Positions 1 to 10,510 of a stretch of 64,000 bases of DNA are shown here, piece after piece. The stretch lies in contig JBODTK010000119.1 of the NCBI GenBank assembly GCA_050613775.1, positions 186,001 through 250,000 of the forward strand, read 5' to 3'. The translations under genes and the position numbers were made by a program. The notes under the pieces were generated by a model. That model saw nothing but the letters and a program-made list of their open reading frames with translations. It searched no databases and was not told the origin of the DNA. This DNA is from Neocallimastix sp. 'constans'. Its lineage: Eukaryota. Numbering within the stretch: the first letter of the stretch is position 1; every line of letters begins with the position of its first letter.

Positions 1-860
1 TGTTCATCAATACTTTCATTATTTTCATTACTAATTTCAATTGTAATGTTTCTCTTTTTATAATTTTCCTTTGTTAATTGAGCACCTTTTAATAGATTAG
101 TTTGTTCAATTTCATATTCTTTCTCTACTATTCGATTATTTTGTTCATATATGTTATTAGCTTTGATTGGTAAAAAGCTACTTACATCGGAGTCTTGAAA
201 TTGAAAATCATCAATTGACATATTTGAGTTTATTCCTTTATTTTCTTTTTTCTTTAGCCAACTAAATTTTGATGGGTTAATAGGTATACATAAGAGATTT
301 GGTTTGGAAGCAGAAAACATCTTTCTGTTTTGCTTCTTTTTTATTTCATTAGACTTAATAAATTTATTTGATTTATTATTTAACTTATTTTCCTTATAAG
401 TCGATACATTTTCTTCGGTATATATATTACAATGTATAGTATTCATTTCAATATACTCATTTTTAGATTTAAAAAGTCTTATTATTAGTGGTATTTCCTT
501 ATTTAACGGACCATTATATTTTGATTTTGATTTTTTAATTTTTATACTTTTTCCTTTCTTTTTATTATTCCATACTGATTTATTTATCCAATTAAGTACT
601 GATTTTATAGAATATTGGTCTTCGATAGTATATGAATTAGATGATAAAGGTGAAGTGGTATAAATATCTATTTTTTCATATTTTTCTTTTAAGCAATCAT
701 TCAACTCTATATAGCGTCCATCTACATCATTTATTTCATCAACAACCATAACACATTTTTTAAAGTTTTGTTTTTCTGAATTTAAATTTAAATGATATAA
801 AGGTCTATCTAATTTATCAAATATAGGAATACCATCAACTCTTTTCCTTACATTTAACAT
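1..860 (-). CDS. 5' part of an uncharacterised protein that runs off the window edge
   Basis: ATG at 860 opens a reading frame (MLNVRKRVDGIPIFDKLDRPLYHLNL...SVLNWINKSVW...) with no stop before position 1. Composition is coding-like compared with the flanks. No family recognised. Confidence 0.7.
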   Translation of the reverse strand, partial: MLNVRKRVDGIPIFDKLDRPLYHLNLNSEKQNFKKCVMVVDEINDVDGRYIELNDCLKEKYEKIDIYTTSPLSSNSYTIEDQYSIKSVLNWINKSVWNNKKKGKSIKIKKSKSKYNGPLNKEIPLIIRLFKSKNEYIEMNTIHCNIYTEENVSTYKENKLNNKSNKFIKSNEIKKKQNRKMFSASKPNLLCIPINPSKFSWLKKKENKGINSNMSIDDFQFQDSDVSSFLPIKANNIYEQNNRIVEKEYEIEQTNLLKGAQLTKENYKKRNITIEISNENNESIDE

Positions 861-3800
861 TTTGATAAATATTCTAATATATATTTAGTAAAATATCTTT
901 ATAATTTTTTTTTTTATTATTTCTATAATAAATAAGTTTATATTATATTATCTAATAATAATTTTATTATTATTATTGTAAATAAATTGTCTAATTAATT
1001 GAAGTATATTTCAGGAATAATAGTGTTTTAATAATAACAAAATCTTTTCTAATTTATTACTATTATCAATATTTATTAATTCCAAAAACATTACACTATC
1101 AATAATTTGTTATTTTATTTTATTTTTATTATATTTTATATTATTTTATTGTATTTTTCTTTATTTTGTTTTTATTTTATTTTTATTTTGCTTTTATTTT
1201 ATTTTTTATTTTTTTTTTTTCATTTTTATTTTATTTTTTCTTAATTGTAATTATAAAATATTATTAATATTTAATTTAATTTAAAAATGAATAATATTTA
1301 ATTTAATTAAAATTTTCAATTAAAATATTCATTTTCTCTAAATTATAACTAATAAATTTATTTATAATTATTTAATAATATTATTTAAACCTTCTTTATT
1401 ATATTTTTTTCACCTAAAGGTTTAATAATAAAAAAATATCTAAATTTAAAATGCTTTATGAATAGGTTGCATTTATTAACATTAAATAAAGTTTAACTGA
1501 TATATTGTATTAGATATTTTTTACTTTTGATAATTTATTTTTTTAATTTCTTATTATTATTTTATTTTATTTTACTTTATTTTATTTTATTTTTTTATTT
1601 TATTTTATTTTATTTCATTTCATTTCATTTTTTTTGGTAGAAAAAAAAATTTTAAATTAGAATAAAATAAAATAAAAATAAAATAATAATAATAATAATG
1701 ATAATAAAATAAAATATACAAAAATAAAAAAAATAAAATAAAATAAAATAAAATAAAAAAATAAGGAAAAACCCAATATTTTAAATAAAAAAAAAAATTA
1801 AAAATTGGGCTACTTTTATAATTATATCAAATTTCTATAAATTAAATTAATAATATATTAAAATTTATAAAAAAAAAATATACAGATATAATTTATTTTA
1901 AAATATAGTAAATATAACAATTTATTAGTAATTAAAATAATTAGATATTCTTATATATAGGAATATAAATTAACTTGGTGAATACTATTTACATTTTTTT
2001 AAAAAGAAAAAAAAAAAATTCACACATTTCTTTAGTTTCACATATTAATTTGAAATGTATTACAGAATAAATTAAATTCTATTAAAAAAAAAAAAAAAGA
2101 ATATTAATTTTTTTTTTATTTATTATTAAATTTTTTTATTTAAATTAAATTTTATTATGACATTTTTTTTAAAAAAATAAACTTTAAAATAACCATTTTT
2201 TATATATAATACATTTTTTTTATTCATCGGTCATATTCTTAAAAAAAAAGATATATAAAAATATGAATTTAAGTAAAACAAAATTCTCCTATTTTATTCA
2301 GAGTGTTTATCTTTATTAATCTTCCTATTAATTATTATTCTTTTTCACGTTATATATTTTTTTTAAAAAAAAAGTTTTTAATTATTTTTAACAATTTTTT
2401 TGTTAAACAAAAAATATTATTGAAAATTTTGTATTTTTTAAAATAGGAATAAAGGAAAAAAAATTTTTTTATCTTTTTTATTATTTAATAATAATTTAAT
2501 TTTAATAAAATTTAATAAATATTTATTAAACTTATAATCAAAGTTAATTTTTTTTTTTTTTATTTGCTTTATTTATATATTTATTATTATTTTTTTAATA
2601 AAATAATTATTTTTAATTTTCATCATCCACAAATTTATGGTTGTTTTATTATAGATTCATTATTATTAACAAAATTATTTATATCTTTAAAATTATAATT
2701 TTCCTAATTAAATATATTCTATATTAAAAAAAAAAGATTTTATATTCTAAATATAATATAAAACTTTATTACATTTCTAATTAATAATTATATAATTAAT
2801 ATTTATGATAACGTGTAACCTATACTTATTTTAATTTATGGTTATACGAATATTCTATAGAATTAAATTTAAATTTGTATAAATTTTATATATAAAAAAA
2901 AATGAATTAATATATTAATATCATATAATAATATAATAATAGTATTATATATATAATATAATATATAATTCAAAATAAATACATTGAATATAAAAAAATG
3001 ATAATATTTTCAGTTACTCATATTCAATTTTTTAAAAAAGAAAAAACGAATATCAGTTTATTCATTGTCAAGCAATAAAATATTTATTAATAATTAGAGT
3101 TTATTATTTAATACTGTAATTTAATTAAATATAATAAATAATAATAAATTATATATTAAATATAATTGTAATAATAAATAATTCATATAATTTATATTAT
3201 AAAAGTGGTATATATACATGTATTATAAATTATTTTAAAGTATGTTATTCAATTATATATATTAAATTTTTTTTAAAAATTTTTATTTTCCATCATTATA
3301 AATAGAAAATTAATAATAATAATTTTAGATTTTTAATATAAATAAAATGAATAGAATATCTATTTTGTTACCATTATATAATGTTTTAGTTCAAAATAAA
3401 GGTAAAAAAAAGATTAATAAAAAAATTAACATGTAATTTACATTATTATTTTGTAAAAATTTAAATTTTAATACATTATATTTATTTAAAAATATAATAT
3501 ATATATATTCTGATTAAATTTTATATAATATATAATATTTAATAGATATTATAAGAAGAATACAAGTAAATAATAAATAAATAAATAAATTAATAAAAGT
3601 ATGGAAACTTTTAAAATGTTTTTTTTTTTTTTTTTTTAATTTTTAATTTTTTAGAACTTTTTAATTTCTCTGTTTATTATTATTTTATTATTATTTTATT
3701 ATTATTATTATTTTATTTTATTATTATTATTATTATTTTATTATTATTTTATTATCATTATTATTATTTTATTATTTATTATTTTATTATTATTTTATTA

Positions 3801-5167
3801 TTATTATTAATATTATTGACTAGAGTTCTTTTTTTTTTTTTTTTCTATTAGAAATTTTCTAGAAATCAAAAAGTTTATCTATGGCTGATACATATTAAAC
3901 TTTATTATTAATATTTTCGAAAATTATACTATACAGAAAAAATTCACTTAATTTTTTGTTTTTGATTTTTTTTTAATATTAATATATTAATTATACCATA
4001 TATGATCAATGCAAAATAAAATTTTGTTTATGACTTTTATGATAACATTTGTTGTTATTTGTTCGTATTTCTTCAGAGTAAATATCTCATCTCAAAAATA
4101 AAAATAAAAATAAACGATAACATATTTAATTTTAGATATATTTTGCAGAAATGGACATGTCTTTCTCTATATATAAAATATATATATGTGGTATATTTTA
4201 ATAGTCTAATAACTAGTAAAAATAAAAAACTATAGTTATGAAAAAAAAGAAAATAATTTTTAAATAAGAACAAAATTTAAATTAACTATATTAAATATTA
4301 TTATAATACTATTGTTTAGTTTTTTTTTTTTTTTTATTTCCTTTTTTTTTTATTGTTTGTTTTTTATCTGTTTGTGTGATTTTAATTATTATTAAATTAT
4401 TTATTAATTATTAAATTGTTATATATATCTAATTATTAATGAATAATTTAAAAAAAATTATAATAAATAATAATAAAAAAATGTTATAAAACTTAAATTA
4501 ATATAAATTTTGCATTCAAATACAAATATTATAATCACGGATAATATTTTTATTGCTTAAAAAAAAGTTTATTTTTATACATATTTAATAAAACTTTATT
4601 AAATATGTATAAAATAAATAATAAAAAAAATAAATAATCAAAATCTTCTTAATTCAAAGACTCGTTTATAACTATACAAAATAAAAACAATTTTTTATAT
4701 ATAGATAATGACCATTAACCGTTTTACATTAATAAAAAGCAAAAAGTAAATATGATGAAAAATTTTTATATGTATTTAATATATTAATAATAATAATAAT
4801 AATAATAAAAATTATTTTAAAAATTTTATAAAATAAGAAATAATTAAAATTTACAGCCCATGTAACATTTTTTTAATTTTTTTTTTTTTTTTTTTTTTTA
4901 TTCTTTCCAAAGAAAATCTTTAAAAATAAATTTTATTATAAATATATATATTTAATTTTGTATAAATTTTGTATAAAAATTTTTTCTATTGTTTAAATAA
5001 AAATTTTATATAATATATATATTATATATATAAATAATAAAGTTTTGTAAAAAAAATTCTAAATATTAGCCCATACATGCAATATTCCTCCCAAGAAAAA
5101 AAGAAATTTATGAAGTCAATGAAAATTATAAATTCATTTGTATTTATAAGATTATTTTTTTTATATA

Positions 5168-5503
5168 TATTAGAATTCACACTTCAAATTTCGTAATTTC
5201 AAATTTCATTTATTATTTTATTAATATTTATTTATTTATTTATAATTATAGTTAACTACTTTTTAATAATTATATTTAATATTTTTTTATATATATTTTT
5301 TACTACATAAATTTTAATTATATCACAATTTTATTTTATGTGTTATTACATAAATATTTTTATGTACGTCATACATGCGCCATATTACAATTTATATAAT
5401 AGTTAATATCTTAATAATTTATAATATTTATACATAAAATTTATATATGTTATTTTGTTTAATAACAAGAATAATATTCATATATTAAACTTTATTTCTA
5501 ACA
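5168..5503 (-). repeat. 3' LTR of the copia element (left boundary inferred)
   Basis: Starts TGTTAGAA after the PPT. The proposed end TTCTAATA is an imperfect inverted terminus followed by the 5-bp TSD. Confidence 0.65.
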
Positions 5504-5551
5504 TTCCCCCTAAAGTTTAATATTCTTTAAATAAAAAATTTATTATTTTTA

Positions 5552-6838
5552 ATTACTAAAGCTAGAAAGAATGTTGTTTCTAAATTTACTCATTAGAGTA
5601 GAATTAAGATATTTGGTAAAACCATCAGCTATATTAAGTTCTGATTTAATATAATTTAATTTTATTTTACCTTCTCGAACTAGTTCTCTAATTTTGTGAT
5701 ATTTTAAATCAATATGCTTTGACTTAAGATTTATAGTTTCGTTTTCACAATTATAAATTTAATTGTTATATTATTTATATTTATATTTAGTTCTTTAAAT
5801 AAATTTTTATACCATAAACATTGACATGCGCACTCATGTATCCCGTAATATTCACTTTCTGCTGTAGATACTGCTACGGTATTTTGCAATTTAGAATACC
5901 AACTAACGGATCCTGAGTTTATTGTCATCACGTATCCAGTGGTAGATTTTCTAGTATCGGGATCACCACCTAAATCCGCATCTACGTAGACCTCAAAATT
6001 ATAATTATCATTTTTACTAAATTTAATTCCATAATTTGGTGTGTATTTTAAATATCTAAATATTTTTATGACATTAAACCAATCCTCATAATTTGGATTT
6101 TGGTTTTTATGTGATGCTTTACTTACCGAAAATAAGATATCTGGCCTTGTACATATGGCAAGATATTACAGATTACCAACGGCTTGTCTATATTTTGTTG
6201 AATTAAATGATTTCTCTTTTAATTTTTTATTATTAATTGGAATCATATTTGAGCATGGTTTTAATTTATCTATATTGAATTTTTTAAATATATCATTCAA
6301 ATATCTCTTTTGATGAATTAAATATCCATCTTTACATTTAACAAATTTTATACCTACTATAAAATCAACATAACCTGTATCAGTTATATCAAATTTATCT
6401 TTTAATAATCTTTTAACTTTTAAAATTTCTTTATCTTCACCTGTGATGAGAATATCATCTACATATACACCTAGAAGGCAAATAATTTTATTATACGCAT
6501 TTCTTTTAACATATAGACAAGGTTCACTTAATAGTCTATTAAAATTCATGTCAATTAGAGCTTCATTTAGAGTGTCATTCCACATACGTCCTGCTTGTTT
6601 AAGACCATATAAAGCTTTGTTTAACTTGCAATATTTCATTCCTTGATGGTCGTCACCTTCTGGTAGTTCCATATATATGTCTTCATTTAATTTTGTATTT
6701 AAATAAGCTGCCTTAATATCTAATTGATGTATGTTATAATTATTCTTTGCAACTATAGAAGTAATGATCCTAATTGTATCTTGTTTTAAAGTGGGTGCGA
6801 ATGTTTCTTTATAATCTATTCCATATTGTTGAGTAAAA
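5552..6838 (-). pseudogene. Copia pol (RT-RNaseH) pseudogene
   Basis: Begins at FTQQYGIDYKETFAPT directly after the truncated LTR. It has an in-frame TAA at 6166-6168 (GNL*YLAICTRPDI) and a frameshift/deletion near 5760 before ...ENETINLKSKHIDLKYHKIRE. Confidence 0.9.
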
Positions 6839-7054
6839 TATATATATTTTTTACTACATAAATTTTAATTATATCACAATTTTATTTTATGTGTTATTAC
6901 ATAAATATTTTTATGTACGTCATACATGCGCCATATTACAATTTATATAATAGTTAATATCTTAATAATTTATAATATTTATACATAAAATTTATATATG
7001 TTATTTTGTTTAATAACAAGAATAATATTCATATATTAAACTTTATTTCTAACA
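6839..7054 (-). repeat. Truncated 5' LTR of the copia element
   Basis: 216 bp identical to 5288-5503, fused directly to RT coding sequence. Confidence 0.9.
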
Positions 7055-7496
7055 ATATATATGAGTGAATTAATAGTAATTCGTAATTCATTTCATTTCT
7101 TTTTTTTTTTAAAAAAAAATTATTACTAAGAAATTCTAATTTTATATATTATTTTTATTATATTATCGTTATTGTTTATTTACTATTATTCATTATTATT
7201 ATTATTGGAATATTATAAAATGTCAATAATTATATTAATAATATTAAATATAAGAAATTTTATAATATTTATTTTACAATTAAATTAAAAGTTTTATATA
7301 TAAAAAATGTTTTATCTCTTATATTTCAAAAAAAAATTTTTTTTATTTCAAATCTTAATTTAAAGGCACATGTTGAATATTAAAATTTTTTACCAAATAG
7401 AAATTATATTAAAAATATAAGATTATTAATATTTTTATTTATATATTATCATTATTTCTTTTTTTTATATTATTATAATTATTATTACTATAAACT

Positions 7497-7649
7497 ATAT
7501 TATATTATATTATATTATATTATATTATATTATATTATATTATATTATATTATATTATATTATATTATATTATATTATATTATATTATATTATATTATAT
7601 TATATTATATTATATTATATTATATTATATTATATTATATTATATTATA
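7497..7649. repeat. (TATTA)n microsatellite
   Basis: Visible perfect pentanucleotide array. Confidence 0.95.
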
Positions 7650-7946
7650 GATGATAAAAACCTACGACTTTCTTTTAAACTATCTTTATATCAATAGGAA
7701 GAAAGGTAAAGATTTTTATTATAATATTTAAATTATTATATTAATAATAACATCGATAATATAGATGATGATATTAATAATAGAAATAATATAACACTTT
7801 TCCTTTATGTTTTATTTATATTTTTTATTTTTTAAAATAATTAAAATTTATGATTTATTCAACTTTATTTATTTAAAAGAATGATTAGCTAAAATGCATG
7901 ATTTTTATTAAAAATTGACAAAAAAAATTAATGCATGTAAGAAAGC

Positions 7947-8305
7947 TTTTTTTTATTTTTTTGTTTTTTGTTTTTTAAGACTGGAATCTGGAATTAATAA
8001 GAGTGGAAGACCTTAAGGCCTCCACTCTCTTCCTTAAAACGTATCAAACACATTCAAACTCTCATTAGATTATTTGCCATATAGTTTTTTTTTTTTTTTT
8101 TTGGGGTCGATGTAGATTTCTCTCTAAGCAAGGCTAATATGAAAGACATTCATATAATGGGCTTCTTTTCAGAGATCTCATGAACCATCATAAAAGGAGG
8201 AACAACTACACTAACCCACACACAGATTAAGTGCTCTCTACACTAGTAATTATAAAGCGTATCAACAGGAATACTTAACATAGTGAGCGAAACATCCAAC
8301 TTCAT

Positions 8306-8310
<5 letters not shown>
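7947..8310 (-). mobile_element. SINE-like or non-LTR 3'-tail repeat, copy 1
   Basis: GC-enriched island with an A-rich tail on the minus strand and a subterminal stem-loop. Collinear similarity to 16286-16526. Confidence 0.55.
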
Positions 8311-8337
<27 letters not shown>

Positions 8338-8370
8338 GAAAAAAAAATTATATTTGATAAATTCTTTGTA

Positions 8371-8404
<34 letters not shown>

Positions 8405-8470
8405 CTACAATTATTACAAACTTTATTTATTTATTCATTTATTAAGTACATATACATATATATTTTCTAA

Positions 8471-8524
<54 letters not shown>

Positions 8525-8689
8525 AAAAATAAATATTATTTGTCCAAATTGAACATAATATATATATATATATATATTTTTTTTTTTTTTAATAATAATA
8601 ATGGGAAATAAAAAGTAATGTTCAAAATAAGATGTATAAATACAATCAAAAAAAAAAAAAAAAAATAAACAAATAAATAAATAAAAAAT

Positions 8690-8967
8690 TCATATACAAT
8701 GAACTTCACCCTCCAAATAATTTAAGAATTCTGTTTAAAAAGAGAATTCTTATTCCAGATTAGGGTTTAAATTGACAATCTTCAAAGCATATACATTCCA
8801 ACTCCCTGAGATGCTTGTTCCAAGTTCATAGAAGGATCGCTGGAGCTTGCATCCATTCTAGCCTAAAAGATAATTATGGTCTTCTCTTTTCAGAGGTATT
8901 AGTTCTGCTGACCTGTCTTTCTGCATTTTCGGTATTGACCCTCCTGATTAGTTTGTGCTGTTCTACA
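8690..8967. mobile_element. GC-enriched remnant, probably an older transposon fragment and the target of the adjacent LINE insertion
   Basis: Higher GC and complexity than intergenic DNA, no intact ORF, and it abuts the LINE TSD. Confidence 0.35.
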
Positions 8968-8979
8968 GAATTGTATCTT

Positions 8980-8981
<2 letters not shown>

Positions 8982-9020
<39 letters not shown>

Positions 9021-10097
9021 CAGGGAAGAGAATAAACTTCCAAAACTTTATTAAATTTTATTTTAAAAAATACATGTAGGTGAAAAGTACATTTGAAATT
9101 AAAAATAAAAAATTAAAAAATAAAAAAATAAAAAAGCTCGAAAATACTATGTATTTCGGCAAGTTGTACTATGCGGGAATTCTTCCCTTCCTAACAAATA
9201 AAAAAGAAATAAAACCTAGAAGTAACATCTTTAAAATAGATAGTGTGGTGTCCACTAAACTCTCCCCGGATTCATCATTTATTGAACTACTAGGGCAAGA
9301 TTCATCCTTCGTAGAAATAGATGACGATCCTGTATTATCATTATGCCTTATCAGTACGACGTCGACGCTCTTGGATAAGTTTGGTATTTTGCAATACCTA
9401 TCAAATAATAGCTCAAACGAACTACTTATGATAGGTATTGCACTTGTTAAGAATTCCGCCAAGCCCACAATTTTTGGAACAGGTGACTCAGATGAACCTT
9501 TGAAAAGTAGTTCATTTAATTGTCTCTGTTCCCCACTATCGAAATGTAGCTCATTTAAAACTAAAGTCCCACCAAGAAGGAACAAGTATATATAATGATT
9601 GATATAATCTTCAAAATTAGAAATAGAGTCATAGGAAGAAAGAGGATTAAACGCTCTAATCTTCCTAAGGAATAAAACATAGAAATTATCGATGAAATTT
9701 AAAGAATTCCATCTAAAAGATGCAAGAGCATCGCACTTAAAAATCCAATGTTCAAAAGATTGTTTATCTTCGCCACAACAGTGGCAAGACTTGGGTCAAT
9801 CTTCTGAAACTCTACCCATTCTAATAGCAATAGTAGTATTGTATTAATAACCACAGCGTAAACGTATAATCCGCGAAAACCCTAAATTGAATTGGGGATG
9901 TTTTAAGCTAAGCATAATTATAGCTTTATTGTTTGAGAACTTATTACAATCGTAATTTTGACCTTTAATACCTTGAAATTTAGCTACTGATTTCCAGTAA
10001 CGTTCTAAAATATCGTCATATTTTTCACATTTATATTTTTTGATTTTTTTATACAGTGTTCTAGATTCTTTAGTCCAGGAATAATAATGCATTTTGG
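8982..10097 (-). mobile_element. 5'-truncated LINE (non-LTR retrotransposon) with poly(A) tail and TSD
   Basis: Poly(T) at 8982-9017 is a poly(A) tail on the minus strand, preceded by AATAAA. TSD GAATTGTATCTTTA lies at 8968-8981 and 10098-10111. The disrupted ORF2 C-terminus has a CCHC knuckle (IIRLRCGY*...CHCCGEDKQSFEHWIFKC...FLLGG). Confidence 0.9.
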
Positions 10098-10510
10098 GAA
10101 TTGTATCTTTATACCATCATATAAATAAATTTATTAAAACTTTTTTTAAATAGAAAAATAATAATAAAATAAAATAAAATAAAATAAAATAAAATAAAAT
10201 AAAATAAAATAATTTTGTACCACCAAAATAAATAAATTAAAGAATTTTAAAAGAAAATACATTTATATATATTAAAATGAACTTTTAATCATATTAATTA
10301 TCTTTTTTTTTTTTTTTTTTTTTTAATTTTATTTTTTTGTTTATTTATTATTATATTATTTTTTATTTTTTCTTATTTTAATATTAAATAAAAAAAATTA
10401 TTTTTTTTTATTTAAAGATTATTATATAATTTACATATATAAATTAAATACTAAATTTAGATTTTATTAATTTAAGAAAAATAATAATACTACTATAAAA
10501 TTTTAGGAAC

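Larger units (their letters stand above)
5168..7054 (-). mobile_element. Internally deleted Ty1/copia LTR retrotransposon
   Basis: Identical 216-bp direct repeats lie at 5288-5503 and 6839-7054, starting TGTTAGAAAT on the minus strand. A polypurine tract (TTAGGGGGAA) precedes the 3' LTR. Copia RT/RNaseH motifs are present: QLDIKAAYLN, KALYGLKQAGRMW, YVDD, DADLGGD..TRKSTTGY, KHID, NIADGFTK. A candidate TSD ATATA lies at 5163-5167 and 7055-7059. Confidence 0.93.

Noticed and set aside
4073..4273. Short F/L/I/Y-rich ORFs (also 18072, 22863, 46845, 50871, 51129, 55341, 58807, 59118)
   Set aside because: They are low-complexity AT-rich intergenic or intronic sequence without coding character.
8206..8225. 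CTAACCC as a possible telomerase RNA template
   Set aside because: It is shorter than a 1.5-repeat template, and it is absent from the homologous copy at 16.5 kb, so chance is more likely.
9080..9595. 171-aa plus-strand ORF, and similar ORFs at 47667-48020 and 6443-6646
   Set aside because: These are antisense shadows of LINE or copia coding sequence.
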